Positions 37,224-46,410 of a stretch of DNA of 64,000 bases are shown piece by piece (the stretch's first letter is position 1; the number at the start of each line of letters is the position of its first letter). The translations under genes and the position numbers were made by a program. The DNA comes from Candidatus Latescibacterota bacterium. GTDB taxonomy: Bacteria > Latescibacterota > UBA2968 > UBA8231. The notes beneath the pieces were generated by a model. The model saw nothing but the letters and a program-made list of their open reading frames with translations, was not told the DNA's origin and ran no database searches. The stretch covers positions 4,160,001-4,224,000 of the forward strand of contig OZ241867.1 in the NCBI GenBank assembly GCA_965203175.1, in the 5' to 3' direction.

Positions 37224-38468
37224 ATGACAGAGGCAGATTCCAAGGACGAACTAACCCCGACCGCAGACCGCGCTGAACAAGGCGCGGACTTTGCCCAGAT
37301 GCTCGACGCCGAAGGGGCACCACCGGCTCCGGCCACCAATGAGGTCGCAGTCGGCGATGAGGTCAGCGGCGTGATTGTCAAGGTCGAGGACGAAAACAGC
37401 TTTGTCGAATACGGCAGTCGGGACGAGGCCATAATCCGCACTAGCGAGCTCAAAGGCCCCGATGGGGAAATGCGCTACAAGGTCGGCGACCCGATTGCGG
37501 CGTTTGTCGTGGCCGTCGGGGACGAGGTCCAGCTCAGTCACGGGTTGAGTCGCCAAGACGCCCAGGCCGACTTGCTCTACCAAGCATATAAGGCCGGGTT
37601 ACCCGTCGAAGGCCGGGTTGATGCGGTCAACAAGGGGGGGCTGGGCGTGACTATCGAGGGCGATGTGCGCGGTTTTTGCCCGATTTCGCACGTCGATACC
37701 CAGTACGTGGAAAACGCCGAAGAGTACCGCGGCCAGACCTTGACCTTTAAAATTATCGAGTTCCGCCATCAGGGCCGCGTTATCGTCCTGTCGCGCCGGG
37801 CCTTGCTCGAAGCTGAGCAGGACAAAGCCGCTGGCGCAGTGCGCAGCCAGCTAAAGAAAGGCGCGCAACTGGCGGGCAAGGTGACGCGGCTGGAGTCTTT
37901 TGGCGCGTTCGTCGATTTAGGTTCTGGGGTAGAGGGTTTGGTCCACGTCTCGGAGATCAGCCATCAGCGCGTTGGCCATCCCGAGGAGGTCCTCGCGGTG
38001 GGGCAGCAACTCCAAGTCGAAGTCTTGCGCACCAAAGACTTGGGCAAGCGGCGCAAGGAGCGGATCTCGCTGTCGATCAAGGCACTGGAAAAGGACCCTT
38101 GGCAAGAGATAAAAGAGCAGTTCGCAGTCGGCACGGTCGTCACGGGCAAGGTCGATGGGCTGGAAGATTTTGGCGCGTTCGTCGAGTTGGTCGAAGGCGT
38201 GCGCGGGCTGGTGCATGTCTCGGAGATCGCCGACCGCCGCATCGGCCACCCGCGCGAGGTCCTCTCGCCTGGGGAAGAAGTCAAGGTGGTGGTGCTCGAA
38301 GTGGATGTCCGCCGCCAGCGCTTGCGCCTGTCGATCCGCCAAGTCGATGCCCTCGAATCCGAAGCCCATCTCGCTGAGTTCCGCCAGCGGCAGCAGCAGG
38401 AGCAGGAAACGGAGCAAGGCAGCAGCGCCATGCTCGAAGCGCTCCGGCGCGCCAATCTAACCGATTGA
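37224..38468 (+). CDS. rpsA: Ribosomal protein S1-like protein (four S1 domains)
   Basis: Repeated FGAFV.L..GV.GLVHVSEI and RGFCPISH; possibly a second paralogue. Confidence 0.7.
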   Translation: MTEADSKDELTPTADRAEQGADFAQMLDAEGAPPAPATNEVAVGDEVSGVIVKVEDENSFVEYGSRDEAIIRTSELKGPDGEMRYKVGDPIAAFVVAVGDEVQLSHGLSRQDAQADLLYQAYKAGLPVEGRVDAVNKGGLGVTIEGDVRGFCPISHVDTQYVENAEEYRGQTLTFKIIEFRHQGRVIVLSRRALLEAEQDKAAGAVRSQLKKGAQLAGKVTRLESFGAFVDLGSGVEGLVHVSEISHQRVGHPEEVLAVGQQLQVEVLRTKDLGKRRKERISLSIKALEKDPWQEIKEQFAVGTVVTGKVDGLEDFGAFVELVEGVRGLVHVSEIADRRIGHPREVLSPGEEVKVVVLEVDVRRQRLRLSIRQVDALESEAHLAEFRQRQQQEQETEQGSSAMLEALRRANLTD

Positions 38469-38469
38469 G

Positions 38470-39720
38470 ATGGGGCTGACTGACGCCATTTTTAACCACC
38501 CGCGCTCTGGGTACTACGGCGAGTACGGTGGGGCTTTTATCCCCGAAATTCTGCGCACGACCCTCGACGAATTGACCCAAGTCTTTGAGGACGCGCGCCG
38601 CGACCCCTCCTTTTGGGCAGAGTTCGAACAGGTAATGCGGACGTATTCCTGCCGGCCGACCCCAATTACCTTTCTCGAAAATCTTTCCCGCGAGGCCGGC
38701 GGGGCGCGGATCTTTCTCAAGCGCGAGGACCTCAATCACACGGGTGCCCACAAGGTCAACAACGTCATGGGCCAGGGCTTGTTGGTGCGCCGCATGGGCA
38801 AAAGTCGGGTCATCGCCGAGACGGGTGCTGGCCAGCACGGAGTGGCCACGGCGACGATGGCCGCTCGCTTGGGGCTAGAATGTACTATCTACATGGGGGC
38901 CGTCGATGTCGAGCGTCAGCGGCCCAATGTGTTCTGGATGGAGCAATTGGGTGCCGAGGTGGTGCCCGTGACCGATGGCTCGGCCACGCTCAAGGACGCC
39001 ATCAATGAGAGCCTCCGCGATTGGGCCTATTCCATGGCCGACACGCACTACGTGCTCGGCACGGCTTGTGGCCCGCATCCCTTTCCGCAAATCGTCGCCT
39101 ATTTCCAGCGAATTATCGGCGAGGAGAGTCGTCAGCAGTTGCTGGACTCAGTGGGGTGCCTGCCCGATAGGGTGTACGCCTGCGTCGGCGGGGGGTCCAA
39201 CGCCACGGGCCTATTCCTGGGGTTTCTCGACGACGCGTCCGTCGAATTGGTTGGAGTCGAAGCTGGGGGGAGAGGGCTGGAGACGGGCGATCATGCCTCT
39301 CGCTTGGCCGGTCTCGTCGGTACGCCCGGGGTCGCCCAAGGTTATAGGACCTTTTTCTTCCAAGATGCCGAAGGCCAAATGCGGCATACGCACTCGGTGG
39401 CGGCGGGGTTAGACTACATCGGCGTCAGTCCGATTCTAGCCCACTTGGCCGAGGTGGGCCGGGTGCGCATTGAGGCCGCGACGGATCAAGAAGTGATCGA
39501 GGCTCTCAAGCAGATGATGCGCAGCGAGGGGATCATCGGCGCGCTCGAAAGTACCCACGCCTTAGCCGGTGCCCTGCGCGAGGTGGGCGCGATGACGGCC
39601 GACCAAGTGGTGCTGATTGGCCTGTCGGGCCGCGGCGACAAGGACATTTTCACAATTGCCGACGCGCTTGAGGATGAAAACTGGCAGCGCTTCCTCGCCG
39701 ACAAGGCCGCCCAGTCGTGA
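38470..39720 (+). CDS. trpB: Tryptophan synthase beta chain
   Basis: LKREDLNHTGAHKVNN, AETGAGQHG, CVGGGSN, LSGRGDKD. Confidence 0.97.
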   Translation: MGLTDAIFNHPRSGYYGEYGGAFIPEILRTTLDELTQVFEDARRDPSFWAEFEQVMRTYSCRPTPITFLENLSREAGGARIFLKREDLNHTGAHKVNNVMGQGLLVRRMGKSRVIAETGAGQHGVATATMAARLGLECTIYMGAVDVERQRPNVFWMEQLGAEVVPVTDGSATLKDAINESLRDWAYSMADTHYVLGTACGPHPFPQIVAYFQRIIGEESRQQLLDSVGCLPDRVYACVGGGSNATGLFLGFLDDASVELVGVEAGGRGLETGDHASRLAGLVGTPGVAQGYRTFFFQDAEGQMRHTHSVAAGLDYIGVSPILAHLAEVGRVRIEAATDQEVIEALKQMMRSEGIIGALESTHALAGALREVGAMTADQVVLIGLSGRGDKDIFTIADALEDENWQRFLADKAAQS

Positions 39721-40493
39721 ATCTGCAAGCCCATATCGAAGAGCGGCTCACCGAGCGCAAAGTTCTGCTGATGACGCATCTGATCGCCGGTTTTCCCTCG
39801 CTGGAGGCCAACTGGCGGATGTTGGAGATCATGGCCGAGGCCGAGGTCGATTTGGTCGAATTGCAGATGCCCTTTAGCGAGCCCATCGCCGACGGGCCGA
39901 CCTTTGCGCGAGCCAATCAACAGGCCCTAGAAAGAGGGCTTACTCTCGACCAGTACTTCGACCTAATGCAGCGCTCGACTGCGGCTTTTCCCTTCCCGCA
40001 TCTGATGATGGGCTACTACAACACGGCGTTCCGCTTGGGGCACGGCCCGTTCTGCCGCCGCTTGGCAGCATGTGGGGCCTGTGGATTTATCCTGCCGGAC
40101 TTGCCGGTCGAAGAGTACGGCGACCTGTGGGCAGCAGGCGCTGAGTGCGAGCAAACGCCGATTTTATTGATGACCCCGACCAACACCGAGCAGCGGCTGC
40201 AGCAGATCGGTACTCAAGCCAAAGGGTTTGTCTATGCGGTGGCGCGCAAGGGCGTAACTGGCCGTCAGACCGACTTAGACGATGAACTCTATCGGTTTAT
40301 CGCACGCTGTCGCGCAGCGACTGATCTGCCGCTGGGAGTCGGCTTTGGCCTGCGCAGCGGGGAAGATTTGCGGCAGCTACAGGGCCAGGCCGAAATCGGC
40401 ATCGTCGGATCGGTGCTGTTGGAGGTCTGGGAACGGGAAGGGGAGGCGGGCTACGCCGCCCTATTGCGCGATTTGGCCGCTGGTCGCGACTGA
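39717..40493 (+). CDS. trpA: Tryptophan synthase alpha chain
   Basis: ELQMPFSEPIADGP, MGYYN, PDLP, GVTG, VGFG. Confidence 0.95.
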   Translation: MNLQAHIEERLTERKVLLMTHLIAGFPSLEANWRMLEIMAEAEVDLVELQMPFSEPIADGPTFARANQQALERGLTLDQYFDLMQRSTAAFPFPHLMMGYYNTAFRLGHGPFCRRLAACGACGFILPDLPVEEYGDLWAAGAECEQTPILLMTPTNTEQRLQQIGTQAKGFVYAVARKGVTGRQTDLDDELYRFIARCRAATDLPLGVGFGLRSGEDLRQLQGQAEIGIVGSVLLEVWEREGEAGYAALLRDLAAGRD

Positions 40494-40545
40494 AAAATCC
40501 TTTACAACGATAATCCTTAGTCTGATCAACGTTGCATCGCCGCGA

Positions 40546-41274
40546 TCAGTCCATGTACAACCCCCCGTTGACGTCGATAGTCTCGCCAGTGATGTGCCGC
40601 GCGTCGTCCGAAGCCAGAAAGAGCGCGCAGTTGGCTACATCTTCGGGCTGGCCGGAGCGGCCAAGGGGGATGGAGGCCTTGAGCTGATCGTGTTCGGGGG
40701 CGGAAGTCATGGCGGTGTCGATGACGCCGGGAGCAATGGCGTTGACGCGGATCTGGTCGGGGGCGAGGGCGCGCGCTAGGCCAATGGTCAGGGTGAGGAC
40801 GCCGGCTTTGGCCGCTGCGTAGGGGGGACCAGCAGCTAGGCCGCCAGTCTTGGCCGCTAGGGAAGTCATGTTGATGATGGCTCCCTGACGGCGAGCCTTC
40901 ATATGGGGGATGACTGCTTGGGCGCAGAGGAAAGGGCCCTTCATGTTGACATCGACGATGCGGTCCCAGTTCTCTTCGCTGCACGATTCAAAGGTCGTAT
41001 AAACCAAGTAGCCAGCGTTGTTGACGAGGATATCGAGTTGGCCGAACTCGTCGAGCACGCGGCTCGTGCCGGCGAGGACTGAGGATTTGGACGACACGTC
41101 CAATTCTAGGCCCAACGCGCCGATCTCAGCGGCCGTGGCGTGGGCGGTGCTTGAGTCAATATCGGCGACGGCCACCCGCGCACCTTCGCGGGCAAAGCAC
41201 TCGGCGATGGCCTGACCGATGCCCCGGCCCGCGCCGGTGATCAACGCAGTCTTGTGCTGTAATTTTCCCGTCAT
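40546..41274 (-). CDS. SDR family oxidoreductase
   Basis: TGAGRGIG, NNAG, YAAAK. Confidence 0.9.
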   Translation of the reverse strand: MTGKLQHKTALITGAGRGIGQAIAECFAREGARVAVADIDSSTAHATAAEIGALGLELDVSSKSSVLAGTSRVLDEFGQLDILVNNAGYLVYTTFESCSEENWDRIVDVNMKGPFLCAQAVIPHMKARRQGAIINMTSLAAKTGGLAAGPPYAAAKAGVLTLTIGLARALAPDQIRVNAIAPGVIDTAMTSAPEHDQLKASIPLGRSGQPEDVANCALFLASDDARHITGETIDVNGGLYMD

Positions 41275-41282
41275 GTGCGCTC

Positions 41283-43136
41283 CTACTTAGAAAAAGATCG
41301 CCAGAGCAGGACTGTACCGTCCTCGGCCCCAGATGCCAGCATGGTCCCGTCGGATGAAAACGCCACGGCTTGGACCCAACCGGTATGCCCTTTCAGGGTG
41401 GTCAGCCGCTTCTGCGTCGCAGCATCCCACAGGATTATGTTGTTATCGCTCGAGCCGGACGCCAGCGTAGTTCCATCGGGCGAAAACGCCAAGCAAGTGA
41501 CATTTCCGGTATGTCCTTTGAGGGTGGCTAGCTGCTTGTGGCTTGCGACATCCCATAGGATTACGGTGTCATCGCTTGAGCCGGATGCGAGCATGGTCCC
41601 ATCGGGCGAAAACGACCCTGAAAGGACATAGTCCGTATGTCCTTTGAGGGTGGCTAGCTGCTTGTGGCTTGCGACATCCCATAGGATTACGGTGTCATCG
41701 CTTGAGCCGGATGCGAGCATGGTCCCATCGGGCGAAAACGCCACGGTTTGGACCCAATCCGCATGTCCTTTGAGGGTGTCTAGCCGCTTCTTCTTCACGA
41801 TGTCCCATAGGATTACGGTGTTGTCGTCTGACCCGGACGCCAGTGTGATACCGTCGGGTGAAAACGCCACGGTTTGGACCCTATTCTTATGCCCTTTGAG
41901 GGTGGCTCGCTGATTCTTCTTCGCGACGTCCCACAGGATTACGGACTCATCCCCGCCGGACGCTAGGGTAGTTCCATCGGGCGAAAACGCCGCAGCTTGG
42001 ACTCTAGCTTCATGCCCTTGTAGGGTGTCCAGCCGTCTCTTCTTTGCGACATTCCACAGGATTAAGGACTCATCCCCGGACGCGAGCATGGTCCCGTCGG
42101 GTGAAAACGCCACGGTTTGGACCCCCGACCCATTCCCTTGCAGGGTGGCCTGTTGCTTCCACGCGGAAGGATCGTCGTCTGTAATGGATGGGTCGATCTC
42201 CGGCAGCGGTGCCAGAGAAGAAAGTTGCCAGAGCAGGACCGAACGATCCGTGGACGCCAGCAACGCGCTGTCGGGCGAAAACGCCAGCGAAGTGACCGAC
42301 CATCTATACCCCCTCAGGGTAGCCCGCCGCCTCCGTGTTGCGACATCCCAAAGAATTACGGTGCGATCGTATGAGCCGGATGCCAGCAGCTCGCCGTTGG
42401 GCGAAAATTCCACGGAATAGACGTGAGACGTATGCCCCCTCAGGGTAGCCCGCCGCCTCCGCGTTGCGACATCCCAAAGAATTACGGTGCGATCGCTTGA
42501 AGCGGACGCGAGCATAGTACCGTCGGGTGAAAATGCCACGGAATGGGCATTCTCCGTATGTCCTTTGAGGGTGGCTAGCCGTCCCCTCCTCGCGACATCC
42601 CAAAGGGCTACACTGTGATCGCTTGAGGCGGACGCGAGCATGGTGCCGTCGGGTGAAAACGCCACGGCTTGGACGCTATCCGCATGCCCTTCCAAGGTGA
42701 CCCGCTGTCTCCGCATTGCGACATCCCAAAGGACTATGGTGCGATCGTCTGACCCGGATGCTAGTATGGTGCCGTCGGGTGAAAACGCCAGAGAATTGAC
42801 CCTCTGCGCATGCCCTTCTAAGATGGCCAGCCGCCTCTGCTCGGTGACATCCCAAAGGACTACGGTGTTATCCCCGCCGGACGCGAGCATGGTGCCGTCG
42901 GACGAAAACGCCACGGCTTGGACATAAGACGTATCTTGCAGGCTGGCCCACAGGCTCTGGCTCGCGACATCCCAAAGGACTAAGTCGCACGCTAGGATCG
43001 CGCCGTCGGGCGAAAACGCCACGGAAGAGGCATAAAACGTACGATCTTGGGCGGTCAGCCGACTCGACGTGGGAGAATCGGCACCAACAGGGGCTGCCAT
43101 CGCTAGCCCGACTATAACGACGAATAATGCTTTCAT
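41283..43136 (-). CDS. Secreted WD40-repeat protein (7+7 repeats, double beta-propeller)
   Basis: Signal peptide; 14 GH...VAFSPDG..LASGS.D.TV.LWD units split by a Pro/Asp linker. Confidence 0.92.
   Translation of the reverse strand: MKALFVVIVGLAMAAPVGADSPTSSRLTAQDRTFYASSVAFSPDGAILACDLVLWDVASQSLWASLQDTSYVQAVAFSSDGTMLASGGDNTVVLWDVTEQRRLAILEGHAQRVNSLAFSPDGTILASGSDDRTIVLWDVAMRRQRVTLEGHADSVQAVAFSPDGTMLASASSDHSVALWDVARRGRLATLKGHTENAHSVAFSPDGTMLASASSDRTVILWDVATRRRRATLRGHTSHVYSVEFSPNGELLASGSYDRTVILWDVATRRRRATLRGYRWSVTSLAFSPDSALLASTDRSVLLWQLSSLAPLPEIDPSITDDDPSAWKQQATLQGNGSGVQTVAFSPDGTMLASGDESLILWNVAKKRRLDTLQGHEARVQAAAFSPDGTTLASGGDESVILWDVAKKNQRATLKGHKNRVQTVAFSPDGITLASGSDDNTVILWDIVKKKRLDTLKGHADWVQTVAFSPDGTMLASGSSDDTVILWDVASHKQLATLKGHTDYVLSGSFSPDGTMLASGSSDDTVILWDVASHKQLATLKGHTGNVTCLAFSPDGTTLASGSSDNNIILWDAATQKRLTTLKGHTGWVQAVAFSSDGTMLASGAEDGTVLLWRSFSK
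41509..41740. repeat. Exact 106-bp direct repeat at 126-bp period inside the WD40 gene
   Basis: 41509-41614 is identical to 41635-41740. Confidence 0.85.
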
Positions 43137-43275
43137 AAGGCGTCTCCTATGTGAAACAAAATATGCTATTTTGCGCGATGGCCCAATGTGCGTGGTTTGC
43201 TAAGTTGGGGAAAATCTGTAAGTATAAGACTGCTTATAGGAGCTACGCCGAACTTTAGGATCGGGGGTTTTAGTT

Positions 43276-44535
43276 ATGAGGAACGTCATTGGAGTCATCC
43301 TCGGGGGTGGGCAGGGTGCGCGGCTCTTCCCGCTGACGCAGTTGCGCTCCAAGCCGGCCGTGCCGATTGGCGGCAAGTACCGCTTAATCGACATTCCCAT
43401 CAGCAATTGTCTGCATTCTGGGGTCAACCGCATCTTCGCCTTGACCCAATTCAATTCCGCTTCGCTGCACCGCCACATCAGCACGACGTACCGCTTTGAT
43501 TCCTTTTCCGATGGCTTTGTCGAGATCTTGGCTGCCGAGCAGACTCAAGACAGCGTCGATTGGTACCAAGGCACGGCCGACGCGGTGCGCCAACAGCTCA
43601 GGCATTTGCTCTCGCGCCGCGCCGACCAGGTGCTAATCCTGTCGGGCGACCATCTCTATCGCATGGATTACCGCGCCTTTGTCGAAGAGCACCGAGCGCG
43701 CGGTGCGGACGTGTCGATTGCGGTCAAACCGGTGACGCGACAAGCCGCGCCTGCGCTGGGGATCGTGCAGGTGAACGGTCAGGGGCGGATCGTGGATTTT
43801 CGTGAGAAACCGCAAGACGAGGCTGAGTTGGATGCTCTGCGGCTGCCAGCAGCAGCCGACCCGGAGGCGTGCTATATGGCCTCTATGGGCATCTACGTGT
43901 TTGAACCCCAAGTCTTGGTCAGCCTACTGATGAGCAGCGACCAAGACGATTTCGGCAAGCACATCATTCCGGGTGCGATCCACAAGATCGGCGTTTTTGC
44001 CCATACCTTTGACGGCTATTGGGAAGACATCGGGACCATTCGCTCTTTTTACGAGGCCAATTTGGCGCTGACGGATCAGCCGCCGCCTTTTAACTTTTAC
44101 CGGGCCGACGCACCGATCTACACGCACGCGCGCTTTCTCGCTGGCACGCGGCTGGAAGATTGCCATATTGAGCGGGGGATTATCTGCGAAGGCTCGTACA
44201 TACGGTCCGCTCGGATTGAGCGCTCAGTGATCGGGATCCGCTCGGTGATTGGTGCCAATTGCCAGATTGCCAACACCATCGTCATGGGGGCTGATTCGGA
44301 TGAGTCGCCGGCCGACCGAGCGCGCAATACGGCCCAAGGCATTCCAGATATGGGGATTGGTGCAAACAGCACGATCACCGGCGCGATCATTGACAAAAAC
44401 GCGCGTATCGGCGAGGGGGTACGCATCACCAACAAGGATCGAGGCGTCGAGGCCGACGAGACAAACTACTACATCCGCGACGGGATCGTGGTTGTACCTA
44501 AGGACGCGGTGATTCCGTCGGGCACTGTGGTGTAA
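43276..44535 (+). CDS. glgC: Glucose-1-phosphate adenylyltransferase
   Basis: GGGQGARLFPLT..RSKPAVP.GGKYRLID, WYQGTADAV, SGDHLYRMDY, DFGK. Confidence 0.97.
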   Translation: MRNVIGVILGGGQGARLFPLTQLRSKPAVPIGGKYRLIDIPISNCLHSGVNRIFALTQFNSASLHRHISTTYRFDSFSDGFVEILAAEQTQDSVDWYQGTADAVRQQLRHLLSRRADQVLILSGDHLYRMDYRAFVEEHRARGADVSIAVKPVTRQAAPALGIVQVNGQGRIVDFREKPQDEAELDALRLPAAADPEACYMASMGIYVFEPQVLVSLLMSSDQDDFGKHIIPGAIHKIGVFAHTFDGYWEDIGTIRSFYEANLALTDQPPPFNFYRADAPIYTHARFLAGTRLEDCHIERGIICEGSYIRSARIERSVIGIRSVIGANCQIANTIVMGADSDESPADRARNTAQGIPDMGIGANSTITGAIIDKNARIGEGVRITNKDRGVEADETNYYIRDGIVVVPKDAVIPSGTVV

Positions 44536-44553
44536 AGAAGCGAGTGGGCGTAC

Positions 44554-44594
44554 AAAAAGCGGGACGGGTTTTACACCCATCCCGCTTTTCTTTT
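44554..44594. terminator. Bidirectional intrinsic terminator between convergent genes
   Basis: AAAAGCGGGA...TCCCGCTTTT stem with A and T tracts on either side. Confidence 0.75.
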
Positions 44595-44610
44595 GCCTTG
44601 CAAAAAAGTC

Positions 44611-46254
44611 CTATTTGAGCAAAGTCATCTTGCGGTGCAGGACTTGGTCACCGGCGCGGAGGCGGTAGATGTACGTGCCGGCACTGAGGTCCGACGCATC
44701 GATGGCGACTGAGTAGGAGCCGGCCATGCGCCATCCTTCGGCCAGCGGGGCAACCTGTTGGCCGAGGGCGTTGAAGAGGGTCAGTTCTACGTGGCCATCC
44801 GCCGGAATGGCGAAGGCAATGGTCGTGTTGGGGTTGAAGGGATTGGGGTAGTTTTGGTTCAGTGTACAAGCAGTGGGTATGGCTGCCGACACCTCCGACT
44901 CTGAGGCGATTACGGTTGCCATCTCATTGGGCATGATGCCGGCCGTCGCGAGGAAGGTCCAACCCGAGGTCCACAGTTCATTGCCAAAGGCTCCGACATA
45001 GTCAACTTGGGTGTAGAAGCCGTCGTTGGGAATGGTACCGCTGCCGTTCCAAGCCGGGCTAGCGTCTTGGAGCCTGGGATCGAGTCCGGCGTCGCGGGTG
45101 CGGGAAATGCCCATGAGAAGCGGATCTTCGAGACGGTTGTTGTTGGCTACGAGGTGAGCGAGGGCAAACTCGGGAGCGAGAGAAGTAACGTCTTCGCCAG
45201 CGCCAAAGCCCCACCAAATGTTGTTGGCCAAGACGAGGTCGCCGGCCTCTAGGCGAGCACGGCTGTCTTCACCCGACTCTAAGTCTTCAATATCGACGCC
45301 TTCACCGGCGAAGTCGGTGAAGATGCTGTTGTGGTATTTGCCACCGGCATTGTCGCGGATTTTGAGCACCACGTCGTTGTCGCCGTTGGTGGAAAAGGCA
45401 CCGGAGCCGATATAGGTGGCGTTGTAGATGGCCGGCGTGGCATAGGGCGTGCCGTCCTCGGGCGTGGTGCCGCCGTCGTGCTCACCCGCGCGGTTGCCCG
45501 TCTCGGCATCTTGAATCACGAACCAGAATTGGCCTTTGCCGCGGAAGCCTTCGTCGTAGTCAAAGGCGTCGTCGCCGTTGAAGGCCGAAACCAGATACTT
45601 GGTGTTGACCGTGCCGCCGAACCACTCAAAGCCGTCGTCTCGGTTGTTGTACACCTCGACGTATTCGATGACTGTGCCACTGCCGACGCCGCCCATGGTC
45701 AGGCCGTTGATTTCATTGCCTGCGCCGATGTCGGTGCCGCCGTGGCGGATGGACGCGTAGCGGAAGACGCCGGAGTTGTCGCTGTCGTCATCGCCGCCGT
45801 AGAGGCCGCGCGGCTCGGTGGTGGGAATGCCCTCAATGGGGGTTTCACCTGGCGTGGAATTGAGGCTAGCCCGGCCGAGGATGATGACGCCGCCCCAAAG
45901 GCCGCGCGCGTCGAGTGGCAAGTCGTTGGCATTGCTGACGTCGTCGGCCTCGGCGGTGAAGATGATTGGCTTATCCGCTGTGCCTTCGGCGAAAATTTTG
46001 CCGCCGCGAGCGACGACGAGGGCACTGGCGTTTTCGCCTTGTCCCGGTTTGCCCTTGATGACCGTGCCCGGCTGAATCGTCAGCGAAGATCCCTCACTGA
46101 CAAAAACTAGGCCGTTGAGCACGTACTCGTTGTCCGCGGTCCATTCTACGCTGTCACCGACCGGAATATCGGCGGTGGTGACATCGATGGTGGCCGCTAA
46201 GGCAATGGTCGGCAGCAGGGCGGTGCCGACCGCGAGCATTATCTTGCGCAGCAT
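44611..46254 (-). CDS. Secreted beta-helix-like protein with C-terminal T9SS-A/FlgD-Ig-like domain
   Basis: Signal peptide from MLRKIML; LTIQPGTVIKG, GLWGGVIILG, EINGLTMGGVGSGT, DDGFEWFGG; LNQNYPNPFNP. Confidence 0.75.
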   Translation of the reverse strand: MLRKIMLAVGTALLPTIALAATIDVTTADIPVGDSVEWTADNEYVLNGLVFVSEGSSLTIQPGTVIKGKPGQGENASALVVARGGKIFAEGTADKPIIFTAEADDVSNANDLPLDARGLWGGVIILGRASLNSTPGETPIEGIPTTEPRGLYGGDDDSDNSGVFRYASIRHGGTDIGAGNEINGLTMGGVGSGTVIEYVEVYNNRDDGFEWFGGTVNTKYLVSAFNGDDAFDYDEGFRGKGQFWFVIQDAETGNRAGEHDGGTTPEDGTPYATPAIYNATYIGSGAFSTNGDNDVVLKIRDNAGGKYHNSIFTDFAGEGVDIEDLESGEDSRARLEAGDLVLANNIWWGFGAGEDVTSLAPEFALAHLVANNNRLEDPLLMGISRTRDAGLDPRLQDASPAWNGSGTIPNDGFYTQVDYVGAFGNELWTSGWTFLATAGIMPNEMATVIASESEVSAAIPTACTLNQNYPNPFNPNTTIAFAIPADGHVELTLFNALGQQVAPLAEGWRMAGSYSVAIDASDLSAGTYIYRLRAGDQVLHRKMTLLK

Positions 46255-46332
46255 AGTATCCTCCTGATACTGGATAAAAGTAGTGGACGCCAGCGACTCG
46301 AATCGCTGACGTCCACTATAAAAGCACAAGCC

Positions 46333-46392
46333 TGTACCAATAGTATGGCAGTAATGTGAACTAATGTGGCAGTAATGTGAACAGTCTGTTAC
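46333..46392 (-). promoter_or_regulatory. Pho-box-like array (six ~11-bp-spaced units)
   Basis: Plus-strand hexamers TGTACC 46333, TATGGC 46344, TGTGAA 46355, TGTGGC 46365, TGTGAA 46376, TGTTAC 46387; includes a 16-bp direct repeat TGGCAGTAATGTGAAC. Confidence 0.6.
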
Positions 46393-46410
46393 AACGCCTC
46401 AGCGAATGCG

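Noticed and set aside
41340-43030. Regularly spaced DNA repeats as a CRISPR array
   Set aside because: The 126-bp period is in frame within one ORF encoding WD40 repeats, and no cas genes are present.
46346-46382. 16-bp direct repeat as a mini-CRISPR or att site
   Set aside because: Only two copies 21 bp apart, better explained as part of the Pho-box-like array.
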